The translations under genes and the position numbers were made by a program. This document shows positions 49,971 through 60,085 of a DNA stretch of 64,000 nucleotides, piece by piece. Positions within the stretch are counted from its first letter, which is position 1; each line of letters opens with the position of its first letter. This DNA is from Promethearchaeota archaeon (lineage in GTDB: Archaea > Asgardarchaeota > Lokiarchaeia > Sigyniarchaeales > SOKP01). The DNA is taken from positions 64,001 through 128,000 of the forward strand of contig JAHPZJ010000006.1 in NCBI GenBank assembly GCA_019058245.1, written 5' to 3'. Below the pieces are notes generated by a model. The model saw only the letters and a program-made list of their open reading frames with translations. It searched no databases and was not told the origin of the DNA.

Positions 49971-51463
49971 TTTTGTCTCGCCTCTGCGATTTTTATTGAT
50001 TTCAATACACTATAGAGTTTATTATAAGTCTCCATATATTCTTCATGAGGTTGACTATCAGCAACAATACCTCCTCCAGCTTGTGCAAAATATGAGCCAT
50101 TTCTTCCAAATAGAGTTCTTATTGCAATAGCAAATGTCATATCGCCATTGAAGCTAAAATACCCGACTCCACCACCATAGGGACCCCTTGACTCTGTTTC
50201 TAATTCTTGAATTAACTCCATAGCACGTTTCTTTGGAGCTCCCGAAAGTGTTCCAGCGGGGAATACACTCTTTAAGACTTGATATCCGTCTAATGGCGTT
50301 TTACTTCTAACTTTACTAACAATATGTTGGACTTTTTGATATTTCTGGACTGCCATTAGTTCAAATGTATCAACAGAACCCGGATATGAGACCTTAGCTA
50401 AGTCGTTCCTTGCTAAATCCACCAGCATTATGTGTTCAGCCTGCTCTTTTGGATCATTAAGCAATTCTTTTTCTAACTTTAAATCTTCCTCGGGTGTCTT
50501 ACCTCTCCTAATCGTACCTGCGATTGGCACTGTGTTAAGAACATTTTTATTCTTGGAAATAAGTGCTTCGGGGCTACTTCCAATGATCTTAATCTTTCCA
50601 AAATTTATATTGTACATATATTGGGAAGGATTAAGCACTCTGAGAACCTCGTAGATCTTCATAGCATCGATTTTACTATCCGTGTATAGCCTTCGGGAAA
50701 TAACTGCTTGTATTATGTCACCCGCGTAAATATGTTCTTTTGTTTTTTCAATCATTCTTGCATGAGCACTTTCACTCGTATTTGAACGGAACGTGGATTC
50801 ATCCACTTCATCTATATCTATTGGAATTTCCTTTTTTACGTCCGATTTATTATTTCTATTAAACAGACTAAGTTGATAACGAATGTCCTTATCTTTAGAA
50901 TAGTCATCGATGCTATTATCAATCATAAATAGGGCGTTTGATGCATGGGAGTAAACCAAAACTTTTGTATAGAGTGCCATCATAATATCTGGAAACTCAC
51001 TCGTGGATTTATATCCTACATATGGAGCCACCACATCATAACCGATGTATCCTAACATCCCACCATAAAAGATATTCCTTGGGAATAATTCCGTAAAAGG
51101 AAGGTTAGAATAAGGAGTGAGACGACTAAGTGTATTAAGAGCTAACATATTATAATCCACATTATCCTTGAAAGGGAGGGGATTATGCGGTCTTTCCTCA
51201 ACTGGATCTTTCGATTCCATATACTCTTTGATAGTCTCACCTCTAGCGCTCGTGATATCGTACATTTTAAATTGATCTTCTTTAATTTCCAGTATAAAAT
51301 CCGGATCTAGAGCAATAAAACTATATAACGTTTCTTTTGTATTCTCTGAAGCAGACTCCAAGAGCGCATGCTTTTTCAAGTCATATTTCTTTACTAAATA
51401 TTTATAAAATTCAAAGATGTTTTCCAATTCTCCAATTTTTTCAATATGAATATCAAATTCCAT
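49967..51463 (-). CDS. trpE: Anthranilate synthase component I
   Basis: LLES, GSSPE, PIAGT, EHIMLVDLARND, FPAGTLSGAPK, RGPYGG. Confidence 0.95.
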   Translation of the reverse strand: MEFDIHIEKIGELENIFEFYKYLVKKYDLKKHALLESASENTKETLYSFIALDPDFILEIKEDQFKMYDITSARGETIKEYMESKDPVEERPHNPLPFKDNVDYNMLALNTLSRLTPYSNLPFTELFPRNIFYGGMLGYIGYDVVAPYVGYKSTSEFPDIMMALYTKVLVYSHASNALFMIDNSIDDYSKDKDIRYQLSLFNRNNKSDVKKEIPIDIDEVDESTFRSNTSESAHARMIEKTKEHIYAGDIIQAVISRRLYTDSKIDAMKIYEVLRVLNPSQYMYNINFGKIKIIGSSPEALISKNKNVLNTVPIAGTIRRGKTPEEDLKLEKELLNDPKEQAEHIMLVDLARNDLAKVSYPGSVDTFELMAVQKYQKVQHIVSKVRSKTPLDGYQVLKSVFPAGTLSGAPKKRAMELIQELETESRGPYGGGVGYFSFNGDMTFAIAIRTLFGRNGSYFAQAGGGIVADSQPHEEYMETYNKLYSVLKSIKIAEARQK

Positions 51464-51498
51464 TTTTTTATCTGTCCTTTTTATTTTTTTGTTTATAT

Positions 51499-52215
51499 TT
51501 ATTTATTTTTAATTCCAAAAGCTCTTGGACATTTAACTCTGCATAGATTACATTTTTGGAGTGTATATCCTTTCTGATGTTTAAAATTCGATATTGGCCT
51601 ACAAAGTGCTTGATTTACCGTTTCTCCATTTAATGCTTGTTGAGGACAAAATTCAATACATATATTACATGAATCCAAACATCCTTCATAAGTGGCAATT
51701 GCATCTGCTTCTAGCTCAATATCTACCAGAACGGCTCCAAGTTGGATCATATTACCATAAATATTATTAATTAAAAGAGTATTTTTTCCAATAACTCCAA
51801 GACCACTAAGATAACCTGCATGTCTTAATGACAAAATTGCTCTTCCATAAGACCTATCTGGTTCCCAATACTCGTATGGGTCATCTGATGGTATGGGGAC
51901 ACATCTTATTCCCAATTCCTCTAAGCTATATAAAATATCAATAGTTAATTTATCAATAATCCTCATAATCATGCTATTTACAAAAGTATATGGAACACAA
52001 TTAACAGCATAATTTGAACTGTTAGGAGTTCTTTTTAAGAATACAACTATTGATTTACATTCTGGAAAAATATCAGTAGGATGAAATCCTTTAGGCGCAT
52101 CTTTAAATCTATCAACTGATGCAATTCCACATAGATCAGCTCCTAAATTATTTATTCTATTCTTAATATAGTTAGAATTAATATTATTGAGTAACTCATT
52201 TTCAGTATTTCTCAC
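51499..52215 (-). CDS. Epoxyqueuosine reductase (QueG)-like Fe-S protein
   Basis: GADLCGIA, LSLRHAGYLSGLG.IGKNTL, CLDSCNICIEFCP, CNLCRVKCP. Confidence 0.8.
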   Translation of the reverse strand: MRNTENELLNNINSNYIKNRINNLGADLCGIASVDRFKDAPKGFHPTDIFPECKSIVVFLKRTPNSSNYAVNCVPYTFVNSMIMRIIDKLTIDILYSLEELGIRCVPIPSDDPYEYWEPDRSYGRAILSLRHAGYLSGLGVIGKNTLLINNIYGNMIQLGAVLVDIELEADAIATYEGCLDSCNICIEFCPQQALNGETVNQALCRPISNFKHQKGYTLQKCNLCRVKCPRAFGIKNK

Positions 52216-52218
52216 TAT

Positions 52219-53049
52219 TCAATTCACCCTCCTTATTGCATTCATAATACTTGAAACAAAATCCTTCATTTCTAATTCCATCTTCTTATGATCATTAAGA
52301 TTTTTTTTAACTATATTTACAATAGCAGAACCTATAATGATTCCATTGGCACCAGCATCAATAATTGCATTAGCATGTTCTGGTTTAGAAATACCAAATC
52401 CAACAAATACGGGGAGAACTTTTTCAGTCTTAAGCTTGATCCGTTTGATAGTATCTTTAGTAATTTGCGCAACAGTATCCCTAATCCCTGTAACACCCAT
52501 AATTGCAATTAAATAAATAAAACCTTTTCCTACTTTCAAGATTTTATCTAATCTCTCCTCTGTTGTGGAAGGAGCAACTAGAAAAATCAAGCAGATATTA
52601 TATTTTTCACATGCCTTCAAAGTCAAATCTGCTTCTTCTATAGGTAAATCTCCAATCACAATTCCATCTACACCGTTCTCTTTAAGATTTTTAAATGTTA
52701 TATCAAGAGATGCTTCTATGGTGTCAGCACCTTGAATTAGAATGTTATAATAAGTTAATACAACTATTGGTTTCTCTGTTTCAGATCTTATAGTCTTTAT
52801 AGCCTTTAAAGCTGTTTTTGTATTTACTCCTGCATTGAAAGCCCTAACATTTGCCTCTTGAATAGTAGGGCCGTCTGCAATTGGATCAGAAAAGGGAATT
52901 CCAATTTCAAGAATATCAGCATATGGTTCTATGATTTTGGCAAGCTTTATAAATTGATCCATATTGGGATCTCCAGCCACTAAGAATGGCATAAATCTTC
53001 TTTCATTATTATTTTTGAACAATTCTAATATTCTATTTGAATCTGTCAT
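52219..53049 (-). CDS. trpA: Tryptophan synthase alpha chain
   Basis: [37 protein letters not shown]. Confidence 0.96.
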   Translation of the reverse strand: MTDSNRILELFKNNNERRFMPFLVAGDPNMDQFIKLAKIIEPYADILEIGIPFSDPIADGPTIQEANVRAFNAGVNTKTALKAIKTIRSETEKPIVVLTYYNILIQGADTIEASLDITFKNLKENGVDGIVIGDLPIEEADLTLKACEKYNICLIFLVAPSTTEERLDKILKVGKGFIYLIAIMGVTGIRDTVAQITKDTIKRIKLKTEKVLPVFVGFGISKPEHANAIIDAGANGIIIGSAIVNIVKKNLNDHKKMELEMKDFVSSIMNAIRRVN

Positions 53050-54263
53050 TTTATGCTGAACTCCATATGTTTTTTAATAATATCAAGATCTTTTGAACCA
53101 GATCCTGAAAGATTAATAATTACGATATCATCTTTTTTGAACATATCTTTATTTTTTTCTAAATAAGCTAAAGCATGAGAGCTTTCCAAAGCTGGGATTA
53201 TTCCTTCAAGTTTAGATAGGTTTTTGAAAGCTTCTAATGTTTCATTATCGGTCGCTTCTCCAACAACTAATCGATTAAGTTGGTGTAAATAACAATGTTC
53301 AGGACCTACCCCTGGATAATCTAATCCCGCACTTATTGAGTGTGTTTCTATTATATTTCCATACTCATTTTGTAAAAGGTATTGCATAGCACCATGCAAA
53401 ACTCCTCTACGTCCTAATCCTAAGGCAATAGAATGTTTATTTGTGTCCCTACCTTCTCCAGCTGCTTCAACTCCAATTAATTGTACATTTGAATTATCAA
53501 TAAAATCATAAAACGCCCCTATGGCATTACTCCCTCCACCTATACAAGCAATTATAGCATCAGGGGGTTTTCCTTCAAGTTCTAAAATCTGTACTTTCAT
53601 TTCTTTCCCTATAATCCTTTGAAATTCTCGAACAATTAATGGATAGGGATGGGGACCTACTACACTCCCCATTAAATAATGATATTCTTTCAAATTGGCA
53701 ATCCAAAATCTAAGACCTTCATTAACAGCATCTTTTAAAGTTCTTGAACCAGACTTAACTGGAATCACTTCGGCACCTAGAATTTGCATTCTATAGACAT
53801 TATAGGCTTGTCTTTCAATATCAATTTCACCCATAAATACTTTAGTTGGCATACCAAAATATGCACCAGCTATAGCAGTTGCAAATCCATGTTGTCCTGC
53901 TCCTGTTTCAGCTACTAATTTCTTTTTTCCCATTTTTTTAGCGAGAAGAGCTTGCCCCATAACATTATTTATTTTATGAGCACCTCCATGGTTAAGATCT
54001 TCTCTTTTTAAATAAACTTTGCAACCAATAAAATCGCTATATCTCTCAGCATAATATAATGGTGTCGGTCTGCCACTATAAAATCTTAATATCCGTTCAA
54101 ATTCCTCAATGAAATTTTCATCATGAATGTATCGGTTAAATGCTTCAGTAAGTTCATTGAGGGCAGGCATTAATATTTCAGGTGCAAACATGCCACCAAA
54201 TTCTCCGAATTTTCCTAATTCGTCTGGATATTTGTCAATATAATCCATTTTTTTCATACTCAT
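53046..54263 (-). CDS. trpB: Tryptophan synthase beta chain (TrpB1 type)
   Basis: [50 protein letters not shown]. Confidence 0.97.
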   Translation of the reverse strand: MSMKKMDYIDKYPDELGKFGEFGGMFAPEILMPALNELTEAFNRYIHDENFIEEFERILRFYSGRPTPLYYAERYSDFIGCKVYLKREDLNHGGAHKINNVMGQALLAKKMGKKKLVAETGAGQHGFATAIAGAYFGMPTKVFMGEIDIERQAYNVYRMQILGAEVIPVKSGSRTLKDAVNEGLRFWIANLKEYHYLMGSVVGPHPYPLIVREFQRIIGKEMKVQILELEGKPPDAIIACIGGGSNAIGAFYDFIDNSNVQLIGVEAAGEGRDTNKHSIALGLGRRGVLHGAMQYLLQNEYGNIIETHSISAGLDYPGVGPEHCYLHQLNRLVVGEATDNETLEAFKNLSKLEGIIPALESSHALAYLEKNKDMFKKDDIVIINLSGSGSKDLDIIKKHMEFSIK

Positions 54264-54907
54264 ATATTTTTCTTAATTTCTTTTATTTTATCTAAAAATT
54301 TTTTAATTTTTAAAGGACTTTTAACACCTTTTTTTGATTCCAAAGAACTACTTACATCAATTCCATATGGTTTTATCTTTTTGATTATATCTTCTATATT
54401 ATCGATACTAATTCCTCCTGCCAGAATGATTTTGGTTTCAGAAATATTTTCCATTAATTCCTTAATTATACTAATCTCTAACTTATTTCCATGCCCTTCG
54501 CTGTTATCAATTAGAATTGCAAAGAAGCTACCTTGTGACTCATTGATTTTAGTGATAATCTCTTGTAGATTTGAATGATTTAACTTTAGTGCTAATATTA
54601 TTTTCTCCTTTAATTCTTTTGAAATACTTCCTAATTCCTCTATACTCATATTACTATGAATTTGATAATAGTTTACCTTAATATTGTTTACAATTTTCTT
54701 TAATTCATCAACGGTTCGGGGTTTACTAACCACAACTGTTAGGATATCATTAGATATATTATCAAGAAGATTATTTATTTCTGTTTTCTTCAAGTTCCTT
54801 GGAGAAGAGGGGACATTATAAATAAAACCAACCGCATTAGCCCCATTTTCTGCACAAAGAGAAATTTCTTCTGGTTTTTTTAATCCACAGATCTTTATAT
54901 ACTCCAT
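54260..54907 (-). CDS. trpF: Phosphoribosylanthranilate isomerase
   Basis: IKICGL, GFI...[20 protein letters not shown]. Confidence 0.93.
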   Translation of the reverse strand: MEYIKICGLKKPEEISLCAENGANAVGFIYNVPSSPRNLKKTEINNLLDNISNDILTVVVSKPRTVDELKKIVNNIKVNYYQIHSNMSIEELGSISKELKEKIILALKLNHSNLQEIITKINESQGSFFAILIDNSEGHGNKLEISIIKELMENISETKIILAGGISIDNIEDIIKKIKPYGIDVSSSLESKKGVKSPLKIKKFLDKIKEIKKNI

Positions 54908-55701
54908 TAAGAACTTCCTCTTAACTCTTGAATTTTTTCTTTAATATTTTCGGATTGCATTATAGAAGAACCAACTAAGAAAGCATCTACCTTATATGGA
55001 ACAAGAAAGTTGATATCATCTTTAGTAGAAATTCCACTTTCGCTAATCACACAAGTTTTATTCCCAACAATTTCTTTGATTTTTGGTATTAACTCCTTCG
55101 AAGTATTAAGATCTATTAGCATATTATTTAAATTACGATTATTTACACCAATCAACTTGGGAATATGCCCAATTTCGAGTAAAGATTCAATATCTTTTAA
55201 TTCTGATTTATCATGAATTTCTATTAATGGTTCTAGATCATATTGAATTGCCAATTCATATAAATTATTCAAGTTACCAAGTTGATTAATTAACAAGATA
55301 TTAGTGGCTCCAATTTTTTTTGCTAATCGAAGCTGTAATTCATCGAAAACAAAATCCTTCATTAAACAAGGAATTTTAGTAGCATTTACAGCTTCCATTA
55401 GATTTTCAAATGAACCATTAAAATATTTTGGTTCTGTAAGTATGCTAAGTCCAATTACTCCTGCGTTTTCCATTTCTTCTGCAACTTTAGAAACATTTAT
55501 GTTAGATCTTATACTTCCCAGAGAAGGAGAGGAAGGTTTTATTTCCGAGATTATCGAAATTTTTCCTTGTTTACCAATATTCTCACTTAAAGGGATCCTT
55601 GAAGAAGCTTGAAAAGTCTTTGCTAAACTTTCAAACAAATCTATTTGTTTTACCAGTGATTTTTTTCTGCTTGCTAATATTTGATGTAGAATATTGGTCA
55701 T
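54907..55701 (-). CDS. trpC: Indole-3-glycerol phosphate synthase
   Basis: EIKPSSPS, SILTEPKYFNGS, KDF, GVNNRNL, SESGI, LVGSSIM. Confidence 0.95.
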   Translation of the reverse strand: MTNILHQILASRKKSLVKQIDLFESLAKTFQASSRIPLSENIGKQGKISIISEIKPSSPSLGSIRSNINVSKVAEEMENAGVIGLSILTEPKYFNGSFENLMEAVNATKIPCLMKDFVFDELQLRLAKKIGATNILLINQLGNLNNLYELAIQYDLEPLIEIHDKSELKDIESLLEIGHIPKLIGVNNRNLNNMLIDLNTSKELIPKIKEIVGNKTCVISESGISTKDDINFLVPYKVDAFLVGSSIMQSENIKEKIQELRGSS

Positions 55702-55708
55702 TATTTCT

Positions 55709-56764
55709 TCATAATATATTATTTAATTTTTGTTTATCTCCACCAGAAACCTCAATAAAATTCTCGAGTTTTTGAAAAGCTTTGCCTTCTTCTATAGAAT
55801 TTTTTGCCATAGAAATCCCCTCGTCAATGTCTTTTACAATATTAGCGCTAGTAAGAGCTAAGGCAGCATTCATCAAGACAGTATTATACTTAGCTCCTTT
55901 TAATTGATTTTTGAGGATACCTAACGCAATTTTCAGATTCTCATCAAGATTTCCAGCTAATATTTCTTCCACGGTACAATCTGGAAGGTTGAAATCTTTA
56001 TTCGTTAAAGCATAAGATTCAATATTCCCATTTTTAACCTCAGTTATATAATTAATTCCTATAGGTGCTAACTCATCAATTCCATATGAATTATGTACTG
56101 TGAATACATGTTTTCCTCCAAGATTTCCAAGGACTTTTGCCATAACTGGTGCTAAATCTTTTTGGAAAACGCCTAGAGTGTGATAAGGAGCATTTGCAGG
56201 ATTTGTTAAAGGTCCTAATATGTTAAAAACAGTTCTAATTTTTAGTTCCCTCCTTGTTGGCATTGCATGTTTCATTGCAGGATGAAATAAAGGTGCAAAC
56301 ATAAAACCAATACCTACTTGTTCTATACATTTTTTAACCTCTTCTGGGGATAAATCAATTTTTACACCTAACCCTTCTAATAAATCTGCACTCCCACATT
56401 TACTCGTAACTGCTCTATTTCCGTGTTTTGCAACAGGAACGCCAGCACCCGCTACAACTAATGCTGAGATCGTACTTATATTAAAGGTTTTTACTTTATC
56501 TCCTCCAGTACCACATGTATCCAATAATTCTCTATTTATTTGCGGTTCAATTCGATTTGCGAATTCACGCATAATTCGCGCAAAACCTGTGATCTCTTCT
56601 ATAGATTCACCTTTCATATTTAAAGCTGTTAAAAATGCTCCCAATTGGGAAGCAGAAACATTTCCACTCATTATTTCTCTCATAATATTTTCTGCTTCGC
56701 TTGTTGATAAATCAACTTTTCTGATAATTTTATGTAATCCGTTAATTATTTTTTCTTCAAACAT
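55709..56764 (-). CDS. trpD: Anthranilate phosphoribosyltransferase
   Basis: DTCGTGGD..TFNIST, AKHGNR, GSAD, RTVFNILGPLTNP. Confidence 0.96.
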   Translation of the reverse strand: MFEEKIINGLHKIIRKVDLSTSEAENIMREIMSGNVSASQLGAFLTALNMKGESIEEITGFARIMREFANRIEPQINRELLDTCGTGGDKVKTFNISTISALVVAGAGVPVAKHGNRAVTSKCGSADLLEGLGVKIDLSPEEVKKCIEQVGIGFMFAPLFHPAMKHAMPTRRELKIRTVFNILGPLTNPANAPYHTLGVFQKDLAPVMAKVLGNLGGKHVFTVHNSYGIDELAPIGINYITEVKNGNIESYALTNKDFNLPDCTVEEILAGNLDENLKIALGILKNQLKGAKYNTVLMNAALALTSANIVKDIDEGISMAKNSIEEGKAFQKLENFIEVSGGDKQKLNNIL

Positions 56765-56941
56765 TTTTCTGCTTGTTTTTAATTTTTTATTTAGTTTTAT
56801 CTACACATTATTAATGTGTGACTTTACTATATTGGAATTCAATTTAATAAAGCACATATAGAAAATAAGTAAGATGTTTTCAGAAAGGAGGATTAAAGAA
56901 TAGTATAATGTGAACAATAAAATATAATTTAACCTATGTGA

Positions 56942-56961
56942 AGCGCGTTCTTATGCGCGCC
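56942..56961 (-). promoter_or_regulatory. Hairpin enclosing the stop codon of the trp leader
   Basis: Minus strand G-GCGCG-caTAAgaa-CGCGC-T, a GC island in very AT-rich DNA. Confidence 0.72.
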
Positions 56962-57004
56962 AAGACCAATGCCAACGAAAAGGAATTATTTTTTCATTAG
57001 CCAT
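56951..57004 (-). CDS. trpL: trp operon leader peptide (MANEKIIPFRWHWSWRA*)
   Basis: Hand-translated 17-aa uORF with WHWSW, ending about 187 nt upstream of trpD on the same strand. Confidence 0.8.
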   Translation of the reverse strand: MANEKIIPFRWHWSWRA

Positions 57005-57052
57005 TTTTTTAAACCATATTTCATATATCTTGAAAGAATTAAGGATTCTCAC

Positions 57053-57067
57053 TATTTATATTTTTTT
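57053..57067 (-). promoter_or_regulatory. BRE/TATA promoter of the trp operon
   Basis: AAAAAAATATAAATA on the minus strand, 49 nt before the leader ATG. Confidence 0.65.
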
Positions 57068-57226
57068 ATATCTTAGAATTTTAGTAGACTCTTAAAGATA
57101 ATAAAAACCCTCTCTGTTCTCTACATATTAATTATTAAAAAATTAACAAATAGAGTTAATATTAAATTACTGTTATAATTGATTATATTGAAATTGAATT
57201 TTTCTTATATCTCAAATGAGTAGATT

Positions 57227-60085
57227 ATGGAGGAAATTGACCCTAAGAAGTTAACTCCTATGTTAAAACATTGGTATTCAATTCGTAAAAGATTTCCTTC
57301 AGATTATCTCATTGCATATCGCATGGGCGATTTTTATGAATTTTTTTATGATAATGCTGAAAGAATTTCAAAGCTTTTAGGAATAACTCTAACAAAAAGA
57401 GGAGATATTCCCTTAGCAGGGATTCCTCATCATTCTGGTCATAATTATTTTAATAATTTAATGAACCTCGGTGAAACATTAGTCATAGTTGAACAATTAG
57501 AAGATCCTGCTACAGTAAAGGGAAGAATTGTAAAGCGTGGAGTTACTCGAGTGCTCTCACCAGGAACAATTATAGAACCAAACCTGCTAAAATCAAATCA
57601 AAATAATTATATTGCCTCCATGATTAAAGAAAAAAATGGATTTGGTGTTGCTTTTATGGATATATCTACTGGAGAGTTTGTAGCTACTGAAATATCAAAT
57701 AAGAATCAAGATTCACAAGAACAATTATTGAGTTTACTTTCTCAGTATGACCCTGTAGAATTAATTATACCTCTTGATCTAAAAAATGATGAGCGACTCT
57801 TTATTTTATTGACAGATTTAACTAAAGCGATCATTAAATCATATGATGAGCATGTTTTTTTATACGAGGAGGCCTATACATTAATTTCCCGTCATTTTAA
57901 AGTTACGAATTTAGAAAGTTTTGCCTTAGAAGATAAACCCATAGCCATTCAAGCCGCGGGAGGCCTATTAGCATTTTTAAAAGATACCCAACGAGATGTG
58001 ATTCCAAATATCTTTAAAGTCAATGTTATTAAAGAAGAAAACGTACTCCACTTAGACTATATTACACAGAGGAATTTAGAGTTAATTAATTCACTTTGGG
58101 AAAGAGGTAAGGATACCACGCTATATTCTATTTTTAACCACACTTGTACTCCAATGGGTGCTCGTTTAATAAAGAAATTCATCCTCCAACCTCTTACAGA
58201 TATTAAAGAAATTAATCAACGATTAAAAATCGTCCAAAAGTTTAAAGACGATATTTTTCTAAGATCTGATCTAAGGGAGGAATTAGGTGTTATTGGTGAT
58301 TTAGAAAGATTTATTAATAGAATTACTTATGCGGGTCGTACTAATGCTCGAGATCTAATAAATATTAGAAATTCTTTAGAGAAAATTCCAATAATCAAGC
58401 AATTATTAGAGAAGGCTGATATCCCGGAAATTTCAAATTTTCTTGAAAAGATTAATACTTTCAATGAAATCAAAGAATTAATAAATATTTCAATTAAGGA
58501 TAATCCCCCTACTACTATAAAAGAGGGCAATATCATTAAAAATGGTTTCAATAATGAATTAGATGAGCTCAGAGATATAGTACAGAATGGAAAGAAATAT
58601 ATTCTGGACTATGAAGGAGAACAGAAGAAAAAGTGGAATTTAACGACAGGTTTAAAAGTTGGATATAATAATATACTAGGTTATTATATCGAAATAACAT
58701 TAAAAACTCTAAATATTATAAAAACCGTTCCTGAAGAGTATAATGAAAGAGCAACCCTTAAGAATGCAAAAAGATATACTACAAAACGATTAAAAGAACT
58801 TGAAGAGAAAATTTTGAGTGCAGAAGAAAAAATCAACGATTTAGAATATGAGATATTTAATACTATTCGTGAAAAAGTTGAAATAGAAACAAAAAATATT
58901 CTTGAGACTGCCAAAAGTATTGCTGCTATTGATGTACTTACTTGTTTTGCTGAAATTGCAGAAATATATAACTATTCAAGACCAATTATCAATCATGAAA
59001 ATAAAATAATTATAAAAGATGGTAGACATCCCGTTATTGAACAAATAAACTTAGATGAGCAATTTATCCCTAATGATTGTTATTTAGATAATGATAATGA
59101 CCAACTATTAATTATTACTGGCCCAAATATGGCTGGCAAAAGTACATTTTTAAGACAAGTAGCTTTAATCTGTATAATTGCACAAATGGGATGTTTTGTT
59201 CCAGCAAAATCTGCTACAATCGGAATAATTGACCAAATTTTTACCCGAATAGGAGCCTCTGATGATCTTGCCAGAAAATTAAGTACTTTTATGATTGAAA
59301 TGACTGAAACTGCTAAAATTCTAAATTATGCTACACCAAAAAGTATAGTCATCATAGATGAATTAGGGAGGGGAACAAGTACTAGTGATGGGCAAAGTAT
59401 AGCAATGGCAACTCTTGAGAAATTACATGAGCTAAAAGTAAAGACTCTATTCAGTACCCATTATCATCAATTAACAGAACTTAATTTACCAGGAGTAAAA
59501 AATTATCATTTAGACATTATCGAAAATGATGATGGGAGTATCAATTTTGTAAGGACATTAAAGCAAGGAAGTACAGATAAATCTTATGGTATTCATGTTG
59601 CAAAACTAGCAGGAATTCCTGATGATGTGATAATAAGAGCTTTTGAAATTCTTGAACAAATTGAAGAAAAAGATCCTTTTAGGACAGCAATTAGACAAAA
59701 TGGAGAATTGGCTTCATCAAGTAAATACTATGATAAAATTATTGATGAAAAAAAAGTTGAGTTAGAAAATCTTAATCAAGAACTTAAAGCAATAAGGGCT
59801 TCATTAAACGAATGTATTGAAGATCTAAACCAAAATCAAAAAGAATTATCAAAAAAACAGAATGAAATCAAAGAGATTGAACTGAAAAAAGCAAAAATTT
59901 CTGAAAGTAAAACTCCAAAAAAGAAAAAATATGTACAGACAAGTTTATTCGAACCATTAAAGAATACAGAACAAGTAAACGATCTAGTTCATTTTATTAA
60001 GGAAATTATTATAAATTCTGAAAATCCAAGTAAAATAAAAGAACAATTAGATGAATTAATAAAAAAATTAAAAAAACTCAGCTAA
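57227..60085 (+). CDS. mutS: DNA mismatch repair protein MutS (MutS1)
   Basis: LTPM, RMGDFYEFF, GRHPVIE, TGPNMAGKSTFLRQ, STFMIEM, DELGRGT, SYGIHVAKLAG. Confidence 0.96.
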   Translation: MEEIDPKKLTPMLKHWYSIRKRFPSDYLIAYRMGDFYEFFYDNAERISKLLGITLTKRGDIPLAGIPHHSGHNYFNNLMNLGETLVIVEQLEDPATVKGRIVKRGVTRVLSPGTIIEPNLLKSNQNNYIASMIKEKNGFGVAFMDISTGEFVATEISNKNQDSQEQLLSLLSQYDPVELIIPLDLKNDERLFILLTDLTKAIIKSYDEHVFLYEEAYTLISRHFKVTNLESFALEDKPIAIQAAGGLLAFLKDTQRDVIPNIFKVNVIKEENVLHLDYITQRNLELINSLWERGKDTTLYSIFNHTCTPMGARLIKKFILQPLTDIKEINQRLKIVQKFKDDIFLRSDLREELGVIGDLERFINRITYAGRTNARDLINIRNSLEKIPIIKQLLEKADIPEISNFLEKINTFNEIKELINISIKDNPPTTIKEGNIIKNGFNNELDELRDIVQNGKKYILDYEGEQKKKWNLTTGLKVGYNNILGYYIEITLKTLNIIKTVPEEYNERATLKNAKRYTTKRLKELEEKILSAEEKINDLEYEIFNTIREKVEIETKNILETAKSIAAIDVLTCFAEIAEIYNYSRPIINHENKIIIKDGRHPVIEQINLDEQFIPNDCYLDNDNDQLLIITGPNMAGKSTFLRQVALICIIAQMGCFVPAKSATIGIIDQIFTRIGASDDLARKLSTFMIEMTETAKILNYATPKSIVIIDELGRGTSTSDGQSIAMATLEKLHELKVKTLFSTHYHQLTELNLPGVKNYHLDIIENDDGSINFVRTLKQGSTDKSYGIHVAKLAGIPDDVIIRAFEILEQIEEKDPFRTAIRQNGELASSSKYYDKIIDEKKVELENLNQELKAIRASLNECIEDLNQNQKELSKKQNEIKEIELKKAKISESKTPKKKKYVQTSLFEPLKNTEQVNDLVHFIKEIIINSENPSKIKEQLDELIKKLKKLS

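Noticed and set aside
56765-56950. Classical bacterial terminator/antiterminator or T-box in the trp leader
   Set aside because: No strong hairpin followed directly by a U-run and no T-box consensus visible by eye; a folding computation would be needed to exclude weak alternatives
56986-57024. Overlapping out-of-frame uORF MKYGLKKWLMKK* in the trp leader, and MKNDNN* at 48253
   Set aside because: Frame offset and sequence differ between the two leaders; likely chance ATGs
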